Shown here: one piece after another, positions 12,488 to 24,209 of the stretch
Layout of the letters: every line of letters begins with the position of its first letter
Position numbering within the stretch: the first letter of the stretch is position 1
NCBI GenBank assembly: GCA_003971905.1
Contig: RSEE01000008.1
Span: 1,116,001 to 1,158,306, forward strand
Source of the DNA: Moniliella sp. 'wahieum'
Taxonomy: Eukaryota
Direction: 5' to 3'
Length of the DNA: 42,306 nucleotides
Notes under the pieces: generated by a model
What the model saw: the letters and a program-made list of their open reading frames with translations, nothing else
Told to the model about the DNA's origin: nothing
The model's database searches: none
Made by a program: the position numbers and the translations under genes

Positions 12488-15400
12488 TTAGCCTGCAACG
12501 CGGATGACGACCGTCGCGGCGGAATCGGAGGTAGCAGCGGGCGAGTCAAAGGCGCGGTGTGCATCGTCGAGGGACAAGATGGAGTTGAGACGAGGGCAGA
12601 TTGTGCCGTCGAGCGCGGCCCGTCGCATGCTTTCCAACGCATCGTGCGTATCCGCCCCCAGATCCACGCCGATCCACTCGTACTCAATGTGCTTGCGGTC
12701 CTTCTTGAAAAAGGTACGCCGGAGCGAGTGGAGGTGGTTCTTCATGCCCGGCTGGCCAGCCTGGCCTTGATCGCCATAGCACGTGACAAAGTGCCCCTCG
12801 CGCGCCAAGATGCGCCGCGAAGCATCGTACAGCCTTCGGCCGCCAATCGTGTCGACGACCAAGTCAAAGCTGCTTTCGTGCAGCGAGTTGATCGCCCACA
12901 ACGCCTCGCCTACAATCACCTCGTGCGCCCCGTTGGCCTGCGCAATCGCATACCCATCCGTTGCTGACGGCGGACACTGCGCCACAATGATCAGCCCCAG
13001 CCGCGTGCAGGCTTGCATCGTCAAGAGCCCCACCCCATCATGCGCATTGAGGATGAGCACACGCGAGCCGCGCTCGAGCTGCTGGCAATAATGCTGTTGG
13101 ACTTGGAACGCCAGCGCGCCTGTGGCAGGCAAGGCGGCGATCTGCTCGGTGGTCAAACTTTCCTCGGGCGCTTTGGCTACCAGAGAATAGTCAATAGCTA
13201 AGAACTCGGCCAGCGCACCCGACTGCAGGGAAGCAAAACAAAAACAAAGGGCGAGGTCAGTGTCCGGGTCCAACCAAATAGACAGCGTCAGTCTCCACAT
13301 ACCTTTTTCGAGTCTGTCAAGCCAAATACAATATCGCCTTTTCGCAGGCTATCCACCGCCCAGCCCACCTCGACAATCCGGCCACAAAAGCTGCGGCCCG
13401 GCACAAAACCGTACGCGTCGGGGCCTTGGGCACGCTCCATGACAATCCTCCGATCCACCGCATCAATCGCGACAGCAATCACAGCGACCAAGACCTCTTT
13501 GGATCCCACCTTGCGCGGCGGGGCCATGTGAGCGGTAAGCCCAATCATTGGTTGGGTCAGCTGCTCCGACGGCGGCGCCTGGTCGCGCTTTTTGAACCGC
13601 CACACCACCGCACTGCTCTGCGCACTGAGCTGGACAGCACTGGTATCGCCACCGTTGCCATCGTCGTCTTATTCCGCAACATACCCTCCTGCTGGGACAA
13701 CCGCCGAGGCCGCTCCGTCGCCGCCGTCTGGCGCGCCGCTGCACCAACGGGGCGGCGGGAGAGCTCATGATCGATGGCGGACCGGCACGCGAGTAGCGTA
13801 CCCCGGCCGACGGCGAGGTTTGTTGGGTGAGCGAGAGGCGTTGGAGTGGCACCCCATTGCTCGACAGGGAAGAAGGCGAGTGGGGCATCAACGTCGCTGC
13901 TGAGGCGGATGCACGAGGAAGATCCGTCAAGAGAGCCGCGGTGGGGGCACCAAGCGGCGCCGACTTGATCCAGTCCGGCGTGCGTTCCGTCGGCGCATCA
14001 AGCGAACTGGCACTCAACGAGGCGACGGAACCCGACATGAACGCAGGCCGAATGGGCGGCAGGGCCAGGGCGCGACGGGACCCGCGTCCGACGGAAGGCT
14101 GCTTTGCCACTCATCAATACTCTCCATGGGCCGTCCCACCGCAAGCCCAATCTTGGGACGTTGGCGGTACGAACCCGAGTCGGACAGGGCCGGCTCCGGG
14201 TTGCCCATCCGGCCGCTACGGCCGCTGCGGCCGCTGCGAACGGAGGATGTACGGCCAGGGGCCTGGCTCGGCGCCGAAACGCTCGTACTGGACGGGAGGG
14301 GGTTCGGCAGGCCCCTGGGTGAACCAGAGATCGAAGAGGCAGATGCCACGGCTGTCATTTTTGTTGCCCCTTCGCTCGGCACAGACTGATGCGAAGTAGG
14401 GGCAGAAGTTGGGGTGGTGGCAGAAACAAGGGTAGGCTTGTTGTGTGGAGCTGAAGCTGAAGCTGCATTGTCTTTTGGTTCAACGGTTGGCAGCAGTGCC
14501 TTCTTTGCTCCAGCCCCAGCCCCAGACTTTTTCCGAGTCTTGCCTTCGCTTGTTGCCAACCGAGTGACAATCACGCCGCCAGGAAGAACGAGGGTTGGGT
14601 CGTGGCTCCCCTTGTCTTCGTTTTGACCTGCCACGGCTTTGCTCTTTTTCTTCTTGCTCTTGACAGCAGGGTGTTTCTCCACCACTTCACCTCCGACGCC
14701 TTGCTTGCTCCCACCGGCGCAGCCGACTTTGATTTCCCACTTTCGCTCCCAGTTGACGAGATGGCAGCGTGGCCGGAGTAGCCACCGTCTCCGTCTGGGG
14801 GTCCGGGAGCAACAACAGACCAGGACTGTACCGGCACTGCTGGGTGAATCCGCCGGTAGACGCGCAGGGCCGGGTTGGGGCTGGACCGCAGCTGAGGGCT
14901 ACGAGAAGCAGCTGGACTGCCTAGCACGGGGCGCTGCCGCGGCGGACGCGAGGGGCTCATCGACACTTTTTGCCTGGGCCCGAAGCATCGTCAGCATGCG
15001 AGGCGCTAAGGGACAGTCCCAAGGCCGAATGCGCAGCGACCTCAGTCGAAATCGGCAGAGCAGCGACCAGAGCCGAGGCGGGAGCACGTCATCTGACGCT
15101 GTGTCGATGCCAGCCCGCCAGTGAAGGGGGTTCGAACGGGGCCGGCAGGCGCGTCGGCAGGAACCGGAGGTTGCGTGGACGCGATGGTTGGTGTCACGGC
15201 CGAAGCAGCAGCTTCCGAGGCGGCTGGAACGGAGGGAGCCGTAGAACTTGGGGTAGCAACAGCCTGTCGTGGCGCAGCATCCTGAGACACATCCTTTTTA
15301 GGCGCCGGTACAGAGGCCGTGCTCCGAGCGGGTGGGGAGGCAGACGCAGATGCGGACGAGGGTAAAGCCGCAGCCAGGGCAGCTGAAGGCAACGAGGCTA

Positions 15401-18400
15401 ATGGGGCGACCGTGTTGGCCGTTTCCGGTTTTGGCACCTTGCTCGCACTTTGCGTATCGGGCTGTGGGGCTGGCGCGGCGGCCACAGCTTCAGCGACAGG
15501 CGCCGAAGGGCGGGCGGGCGCAACGACTTGGGGAACCGGCATCGATGACGGCGCCGAGTCCGGTCTGTTCGTCGGCTCGGGCTGGGTCTGAGCATCGCTT
15601 AGCTGGGCACGGGTGCCGGGGTTCGGCTTCCACGGCTGCCCCATCACTCGCCCCGGTTTCCTTGGCTTTGCCCTCCAGGTCCTGTGGCGGCGCCTGGTCA
15701 GCCTCGTCCGGCAGGCCCAGCGCGGTGACGGGTCGGCTCGCCGGCGCATCGTAAAACACACTGGGGTCTCTCGACATGGGCACGGGCGAGGGCGCTTCCG
15801 GGGTCGTAGTAGTATCCCTGCGACGAGGGGGCGGGGGAGACGGGGTGGGCATCGGTATCGACAGGCGGAAGAGAGAGAAGGACCGGAGCGTGAGGTAAGG
15901 TGACAGCGGTCCCTGACGTGTCGGGCGCAGACTTGGATGGGACTGCCGACGGTTCCACCTCTTCCGCCATCGTAGGCGCTACCTCCGCCATTTTACGTCG
16001 TCGGATCCCCACGCACCTGCGGGGAGTTGATGGTCGCGGGCGTGGGGGAAGAAGATGCGGGAGGGGAAGGCGAGCGAGGGGCACGAAGGCCCGGGTACAG
16101 CGGATTACCCGTCGTGACCTTTGTCGTTGGGCTGCTCGGCCCCGAATTTGCCTTGGCCACGGGGGAAACCGGAGAGACAGGCGACACAGACGAGGCGGGC
16201 GAGGAAAGGGCGCTGGACTTCGTCTTGCTGAAGCGCAGCTTGCCCAGTCCCAACCCGTCAGCCAGCTTCTTGGCTGGTGAACGAGTCGGGGTAGGGTAGT
16301 AGATGAGAGGGGAGCCTGGCTGGTGCTGGGTGGCGGGCGAAGCAGTAGGGAGGGGTTGGCAGGGGGGAGCGCGGTGGGGACCGGCTTTGTGCCGGAATAT
16401 TGGTAGCAGAAGTCAATGTCGAGAAGGAGCGTGTGGTGGGCATGTGTGGGTCCGCCATCGCTCCGCTCGGCGATGACGACAGTGCCGTTTCACGGGTCGG
16501 ACGCAAGGGCGAGGCCGGCGAGGGAGAGGGAGGCGTGGATGTACGTTGAAAGCGGCTCCGCGACAGGACGCTGGGGCTGGCCGCCAGCGCGGGAGTAACG
16601 GAAGTGGAAGCGACGTTCTCCATTCCCGTTTCCGTTCCCGCTTCCGTTCCCGATTGCTTCTCCGTACTCGCCGTAGGGGGGCTTGCCGCCTCGGCGGCTT
16701 GTGGCACGCAGCCACGATGCTGTCAGTTCCGGGTTGAGGTACGTCTCCTCCTCGACGGGAGGTGTGACGGGTGCGTCTCGTTCGCTTCGAGGAACACGGT
16801 TTCCGATCGGTACATGACCGCATCGACATAAACGGTCTCTGACCGATGCATTGCCGCATCGACATAAACAGTCTCTGACCGGTGCATTCCCGTTCCTTCC
16901 TCCTCCTCCTCCTTCTCCTTCTCCTGGGGCATGGGCGCCGCGGGTTCCTCAGCGGTAGAAACAGGGTCTAGTGTCGGAAGGTCCGTCGTCGGCGCCCGCG
17001 CGCGAGTCACCCAACCAGCGACCCAACAAGCCACGCAAACTGGGGCCAAACAGTTCCTCTCGTCCTGCACTCCGAGTCGAGGCTGGCGATGCCGAAGTGC
17101 TGTCGGCCGGCAAGCCTTGCACCGCCGTCTTGGGCGTAGCCGGGACCGAGGGGTAGCGGTAGCGGTAGCGTTGGCGGCAGAGCCAGGGCCAGGCAGCTCG
17201 GGCGCCTGAGGACCGGACACGGGCAGCTCCTTGGCGCTTGATGCTGGCGAGCCCGCTGGAAGCACACCCTCCGCCCCAAACATAGACCCCAGGGATAGCT
17301 CTTTCAAGTGAGCCACTCTCCCTGTCTCTGCACCAGCCAGATCCGGTTCGTCTGCCACGCTGCGCTGCTTCTCCAAAGACGAAGGGGCACGTTTGTCCTC
17401 GGTCGCTGGTCTGCAGACACATTGCTGGAGGTCGGGAGAGCGGCGACGGCGATTGGTGTCTTCCCTCCGCCCAAAGAAGCAGGCGGCAGGGGCAAGGGTG
17501 CCGCAACACTTGCATCTCCGCGCTCGTGGGGGGCGTGCCAGGAACCAACGCAGGCGCATGAGCATCGAGACTGACATCGGTATAGCGCTCTTCTGCTTCA
17601 CTTGCTGGCAAGGAGACTTTCGATGTTTGCTCCAATGGCTTCTCCTCTACCGGTTCAGCAGGAACCGGAGCGGGAACGACCGGTTCGGGCCTGAGCCACG
17701 GCAACGCACTTGCATGGGCGTCAGGTGCCTGCGTTGGGGCTGCATCCAGTTCTGGATCAAGGGGAACGGGAACAGGACGGAGACTGACAGGACGAGAAGG
17801 CGCAAACGAAGACCCATCCTCGCTCTCCTCTGCCACCCTCTCCAGCATACCCCGAGGCACGTGGGCCCACTCGGCTTGCGGGTACGCCACACATCATCTT
17901 CTTCACTTTCCCTCCTCTCCTTCCTCTTCTTCGGATTCATTCTCTCCTTGCTCGTCATTGTCCTCCTCCTCCTCTTCTTGCTTGTCTCCCTCCGACTCGC
18001 TTCCTCATCCTGTCCTCATCCTCGCACGAAGCGGGGGACGACACGGAGGCGGACGCCCTATCGACGCGGGGGTCAGTCAGGTAGCTCCGGTGCAGCGGTT
18101 CGTGCGCGTCAGAAGACGACGACGAAGTTTCCTCCTCCGACTCCATCTCGCTTGCCTGTTCAGCGTCACCGTCATCGTCATCGTCAACATCAGCGTCCGC
18201 GGGAGCGTGCCTGCCCGCCATCCCTTTCTCCTCGGGCTCCCGGAACACCATGGGGAGCGGCGACGACGTTCCGGTCCCAGGGCCCGAAAGCGGAGCCGAG
18301 ATGGGCGTGGAAAGCGCAACGCTTCCCACCGACGGCGACTGGCTCTGTTCATCCCGACCCAACTCACGCAGTGGCGCCGACACGGGCTCCAGGTTCGGGG

Positions 18401-19851
18401 TGACAGTGACCGGAGCCCCGAGCGGCGGCCACGCGCCACCACCCCTGCGCCGCTGCGTCCAGGACCGCCGGTCTGGGAGCAGGTGCGGGGACCGCGGCAT
18501 GGGCAGGGCGGGCGGGGCAGCAGCCTGCGTTTCGTACGCCAACTCGGCGCGAATGCGCTCAAGGTGATCCTGCTTGCGCGCCAGGCCATTCGCCGTTGAT
18601 CCAGGAGTGAACTGCTCGTTGTTGCGGGCCCGCACAGGTGCTGGCGCACCCCACGCCTGTGCTGACGCGGCAATCGACGCGGCGGCGGCGGCGCAACAAT
18701 GCCCGACTCTTGTGGCCGCTCCCAAGCGCGCAATCTCCGTCCCAGCGACCGAGGCCATGAACGATCCCCAGTCCCGTCCGCTCGGGCCGGCACCAGCCCG
18801 CGCACACCAGGGCTCGGTGGAACGTCCCATTGGCTGTACCCGGCGCCCATTGGCGGTGGCATTCTGCCTGGGCGTGAGCGTGGACGTGGTACGGCTCGGA
18901 GAGAGTGCGTGTGGTGGTGTGGAAGCCAGCAGCGGGCGAGGTAGCGCCGTGCCGGCTGGCCAGGCTCGAGGCGTGCGACACAGCGGAGGAACGTAGGGGT
19001 TGGGAGCGCCGTGTGCGTTGCCTACTGGGGAAAATCGCCAGGGTCAGAATACGAGGGTTGACGCGAGTGGGGGAGGGGGGAGGGGGAGCGACGTACGATG
19101 GCCGGTTGGGTGGGCGGGCGAAAAGCTTCGGGTGGCGGCGCTTGTCCCATGGGCCGAGGGGGGGGCGCCGGGACGTATCCTGCGTGCATGGGCTGGGAGC
19201 GAAGGCGGGGTGGTGGGGCGAAGGTGGGCCATAGACGGAGGGCATGGGGCTGCGCGGGCCGGGGTGGAGCGAGGGTGCCTGTTGCTGCTCGAGCGCGGCG
19301 GCGTACGAGTAGCGGGTCGGGCGAGACGGCGTCTTGGCGCGGGGCTGCGCGGGCTGAGGAGCCGAGCCAGGTGCCGAGGGCGGGAGGAACGGTTGGTCGC
19401 GGCGCTGCCCTGGGAGCGGGCGTCGTCGTCGTCCGAGAGGAGCGAGGGGGCGCGCGTAGAGTGGTAGGCGCGCGGTCGGTGCCGCGCTGAGGCTGCCGAG
19501 GTGGAAGCGGCGGGGCGTAGTAAAGCCGTTGGACAGCTGGTTGGGCGGCGGGGCGTGGGCGAGATCGGGGCGGGCGAGGGGCCCCGAGGCGGAGAACATG
19601 TTGCCGCTCAGGATGGTGGGCTCGGGCGCAGCAAAGCGGGGGCCGCCCTTGCGGCTCTGGCGGGGGCGGGCAGCATGGCCGCTGCCATAGGCCGAGGCGG
19701 ACGAGGCGGCGTAGCGGGCGCCGACAAGGGAGGCAGCATCGCTGGTGCTGCCGGCGTACGAGTGGGGGTAGGAGTAGGTGCCGTGGGGGGCGCCCGAGTC
19801 GCTGTAGGTGTGGGAGGGGCGGTTGAGGAGCGAGTCGACGAGGCGCGGCAT
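12488..19851 (-). CDS. Very large (roughly 2400 aa) Pro/Ser/Ala-rich protein with a C-terminal MDR (zinc-independent enoyl/quinone reductase-like) domain; many frameshifts
   Basis: C-terminus is MDR-like: EVLVAVIAVAIDAVD, GFVPGRSFCGRIVEVG, GDIVFGL, GALAEFL, QIAALP, RVLILNAHDGVG, FDLVVDTIGG. Upstream, coding-like minus-strand sequence runs without an obvious promoter or terminator gap to an ATG at 19851 (MPRLVDSLLNRPS). The domain call is solid; treating it all as one gene is inference. Confidence 0.65.
13223..13302 (-). other. Spliceosomal intron in the MDR domain
   Basis: GTATGT donor at 13302, CTGAC branch sites, pyrimidine tract, CAG acceptor at 13223; joins GLTDSKK to SGALAEFL in frame. 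Confidence 0.9.
16780..16887 (-). repeat. Three 36-bp coding tandem repeats (MHRSETVYVDAA / MHRSETVYVDAV / MYRSETVFLEAN)
   Basis: Minus-strand ATGs at 16887, 16851 and 16815 are exactly 36 nt apart; the translation is visible in ORF 16723..17601. Confidence 0.9.
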
Positions 19852-22035
19852 GGCGGGCAGCACACCCAGCCTCGTGGGCGGTGGTGTGGTGGTTGGGAGG
19901 GAGGTGTGGGATGGGATGGGGTCGGGACAGGTGGTTGGATGGGTGGATGCTGGCGAGAGCAAGAGTGAATCCCAATGGATTGGTGAATGCGCAAGTACGG
20001 AGTATGAAGTGAAGATGCTCGTGTCCCCCAAAAAGACGCAGCCCTGGCGCAGTGCCTGTGTGCATCCTCTGACGTCACCCACTGCCCCCTACATCGTGCG
20101 CATGCCAGCTGCCAGCGCCAGAGCACACAGCCACGCACAGCCGCCCCGTGCCGGCCGGGCCTGCACTGCCTCGCCGTTCTTGACGATCCGAAGCGGAGGA
20201 ATGGTAGGGTTGGTCCCGTCCCAGCACCTGGCCCGTGTGTCTGCCCCGCACGGGCCCAGTGTGCACCCCCACCGTTCCGATCGGTCGAGGCCAGCTGTAG
20301 GATGGCAAAACACAGGCGCCGGGACGGGGCCAGGCCACGCCACGGCCAAAGCCAAGAAGCTCACGAGCGGCGATGGCCACGGACGAAGCAGGTGCCGCTG
20401 GTTCTTCCACGCGGAACGTAGAACCCCGCCTGAGTGCTGCGTGCTCGAGCTGCTCGACCTCCGCCTCGGTGCCCCCTGCCTGCGCCCATGCTCGCGGGGC
20501 CGGGGTGCCACCCCAGGCGTGCCAACTGGCCCCGATCGACGATCGCGCCAAGCACAGCGAGAGTGCCGGACGATCCCATCTAGCTTTTAGATGCGCAGCC
20601 CATTCCCCCATCCCAAACTGCGATCCCCTTTTGAGATCCCATTCATCGTCTCGGCGGTTGAGTGAGTAGCGTTGAGTTGAGTACGGAGTGTACTCAGACT
20701 GTACGAGTTGAAGTTCAATAATCGTCACGTTCTGCCGCTCAGCACACTCAGCTGAGCATCAGCACATCAGCGCTCTCCCACGCCCAACTTGGAACCAAAC
20801 CTGCCGTTCGGCTGGCTGTGTGACATTGTGACATTGTGACCAGGTCCAACACTAGCCCTCTGGCATGTGCTTCGCAAGAGAGGCTGTGTGCGACGTAGGC
20901 CCGGCCCAATAAAGTGGTGCCCACAAGGAGCCAAGATGGGAGACCAGCCGCTTTGGACTGGCGCCGATCGCCAGCGAGCACAGGCCCTTTGCCCATCCAT
21001 ACCTGCTGAAGCTTGAAAAGCTGCAGACAGGTAGGTGTCTGCCACCATCTCATAGTCCAGCAGGCCGCAGTCGTCGTTCACAATCGATCGATGATCGTTC
21101 GGCATGGCTGTAGGGAAGTGTAGCCATCCCTGAAAGTGTGCACACGCCGTTCCGGGCTGGCACTCGTCTCGAAGCTTCAAGTCAACCTTCAAGCTTCAAG
21201 CGTCAGATGTATGGACCAGGCCTGGAAGAGGGGGTTGTTCCTCCTCCGGGGATAGTACACAGTAGGATACTGATGAGACCTGGTGACATGATATCCTCGA
21301 GGGTGATGCAATCGCACTGGTGTGGTGGTGGTTAAGCCCACCAGCAACGCCTACAGATGACCATCAAGCACCCAGTCGCCATCAGGGGCGTAAGCGCGGA
21401 ACGAGGAAAACCAGGAGAGAGAAAACAACGGAACTCCAAGCCTGAGGAGGAACTGAAGGGACGTTGGCCAAAGCACGAGCCACCCGATGGCTCAACAGAT
21501 GCTACTGGCAACCTGCAGGTGTAACCGTATAAACGGTTCTACTATGGTCCAGGGAACCATCGAAGGCGTAAGTAGAGCGGATGCACCCTCTCTTCCTCCG
21601 TCGACTGTCTCCAATATGGCCGCTCGGCTCTGGGGTTGCAGTACGACACGAGGGTCAACCAGCAGCGTCAGTGAGCAGGCGTTCGGTCCTGCATGCCGGA
21701 CCACCGCAGCGTGACTGCGAGCGTCGCCGCGAGTGCGACTGCGAGTGCGGCTGCGGTCCCGGCTGCGAAGGCAGTGGGGTTCTGGCAAGGGGGCCAGCGT
21801 GGTGAGTGGGTTGGATTTGGACCTGGCTTGGCTGCTGGCACGGCGGCGCGGGTGGGGCACGAGGCCGGGACGGGGGCTGCTGTGGCAGGCCGACTGTGGC
21901 GCGGTGCGCAGCGCTGCGAGGTTCACTGCAATGTTCAATCTGAATCTGGACCCCATCCACCAAGAACGCCTCCCATCGCCTGCCCATCAGCTCCCTCCCA
22001 AGGCACCCCCCCCCCGCGCCCATTCTCCCCCCCCC

Positions 22036-23382
22036 ATGTCTGGAGCCGGGTACGGATCCTTGTCCGGCAGCGCCGGTGGCGTTGTCAACGCTGTGCTGGA
22101 GCGCGTGCAGGACGCGCTGTTTGCGCTTGGCTCGTGTCTGCCCTGCCACGTCGGCGGCGCCTCGACGCTCAAGCTCAATGGGCGGCAGTACGAGGTGGTG
22201 CGCTTGTTGGGCGAGGGTGGGTTCTCGTTTGTCTATCTCGTGCGCGACAAGACGAGTGGGCGCGAGTTTGCGCTGAAAAAGATCCGCTGTGCGCTGGGCT
22301 CGGATACGTTTCGCGAAGCGTTGCGCGAGATTGATGCCACCAAGCGCTTCCGCTCCCCAACATCATTCGCCTCTACGACTCGGCCATCGTGCAGGATGGC
22401 GAGGGCAAGCTCATCTACCTCTTCCTCCCTTACTACCCGCGCGGCAACGTGCAGGACGCCATCAATGCCCACACCGTCCGCGGCTCCCGCTTTGGCGAAA
22501 AGGAACTGCTCACCATCTTCCTCGGCACCTGCCACGCTGTCCAGACCTTGCACCGCTACCCCGCTGCCCAACGTGCAAGCCCAACGAGGCCACATGCCTG
22601 CCCTTTCAACGGCGTCCGACGCGACCCTGGTCCCTTCTGCTTCCCACCACGCCATCCACCCGCCGTCTCATGCGGATGAGGACGATGACCTGGCCGGGCC
22701 CAAACCGACTGCCCCCATGGTCATTCGGCCAGCGACGAACGAGGCGGATGGCGAGGCGGCCGCGCCGCTCATCTCTGCCGAGGACGAACCGACCACCTAC
22801 CCACCTCCTCGCGGCGCGCGTGATTCCGACGAGATGGCGCGTGCGGACAGTGCCGGTGCCGGTGCCGATGCCGGGACCGCGACGGGCGGGGAAATGATGC
22901 CGTATGCGCATCGCGACCTGAAGCCGGGGAACATCATGTTGGCTGAAGACGGCACGCCGTTGCTGTACGATTTTGGAAGTACGATCAAGGCGCGTCGGAC
23001 GATTTCCTCCCGACGTTTAGCGGTGGCCGAACAAGATTTGGCCGCCGAACAATCTTCCATGCCCTACCGCGCACCGGAACTGTTTGACGTCAAGACCAAC
23101 ACGACGATTACCGAAGCGTGGACATTTGGTCGATGGGGTGTGTGCTCTATGCCATGGCCTACCTCCACTCGCCTTTGAGACGGACCAGACCGTGGGACAG
23201 GGCGGTTCACTGGCCTTGGCCGTGCTCAATGGCGAGTACCAATTGCCCAGCGAAACCCAAACGTGTACTCGTCCGCTACGCGAACCATCATCCAGCGCTG
23301 CTTGACCCTCGACCCCGCTGCCCGCCCTACGATCGAAGAACTGATCCAGCTCACCCGCTCCGCGCTCGCCGCGCTCGCCTGA
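22036..23382 (+). CDS. ENV7: NAK-family Ser/Thr kinase, Env7/STK16-like (frameshifted in this sequence)
   Basis: LGEGGFSFVYLV, FALKKIRC, NIIRLYDS, YLFLPYY, HRDLKPGNIML, YDFGS, SMPYRAPELFDVK, DIWSMGCVLYAM, GGSLALAVLNG, DPAARPTIEE; N-terminal SCLPC cysteines. Frame changes near 22358, 22560, 23117, 23176 and 23260. Confidence 0.85.
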
Positions 23383-24209
23383 CCAGGTGTGGTGCGGCGG
23401 GAGGGGCGGTGCGGCCGGCGGGGTGGCGCTGAGGCAGCGGAGGCGTGAGCTGGGACTGTGCTGCTGTGGACTGGACGATTGAATTGTTGGCGTTTGCTAT
23501 CCATCTGCACGAAGTACACACTCGAGAAGGCTGCGTGGGCAGCGGCGGGAAGGATATAGGCCGTGGGCATGGTCGCCGCGCGGCAGATGCGCATGTGCAG
23601 CACGCTGGCCGCCATCGGGCGAGGCGAGGCGGATGCATGCAGCGATGGGTGTGTGCGCGTGGCGGTGGCTGCAACCCCCCACCCAGCGCCACGCCCCCAA
23701 GCCCGGCTGGATCGGTGCAAGGCCACCGTGCGGGAGGTCACATGACTGCGAGGGGGCGGTGGCGAACCTACGGGCTGCCTCGGCCGGCGTGCCTCGGCCG
23801 CCGTCTGTCGCAATCGCCGAGAAAGGGCGGCTGGGAGTTGGGGGTGGGGTTGGGATCGCATGCCGCGTGGAGTCGCAGCCAGACGAAGCGCACTGCCCCG
23901 ACGGGGAAGGCGGGAGCCTCAGCTGCTGGGGCCGAGCGCTGGGGGCGGGTTAAGCCACTTGGTACTTGGGACTTATCGCCGGCCGAGTGCGGTGGAAGCA
24001 GATCGAAGGCTGTTGCTCTTATACATGTCGTAGTGCCTCGGGCGGGGCAGCGCCGACGCCACGGGCCAGCCGAGTGCACTGTCCCTGGCTTGCCTGGTGC
24101 GGCAGGGCGCTTGCGGTCTGTTGCAGCGCACCCGCCTACAACCTCCGCCTCTCTCTGACACGCCCCTTTACTGCCCCACCACACCACCACCTCCTCCCCC
24201 CTTTGCGCC

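Noticed and set aside
16780..16887. 36-bp periodic repeat considered as a CRISPR-like array
   Set aside because: Head-to-tail coding repeat with no unique spacers, in a eukaryotic gene, with no cas genes.
21733..22035. N-terminal extension of the kinase in ORF 21733..23178
   Set aside because: Starts at a non-ATG codon in repetitive sequence; 22036 fits the Env7-like N-terminus better (the in-frame ATG at 21931 is not excluded).
22560..22895. Long low-complexity insertion before the HRD motif of the kinase
   Set aside because: Insertions at this position are typical of fungal Env7-like kinases, so not treated as novel.
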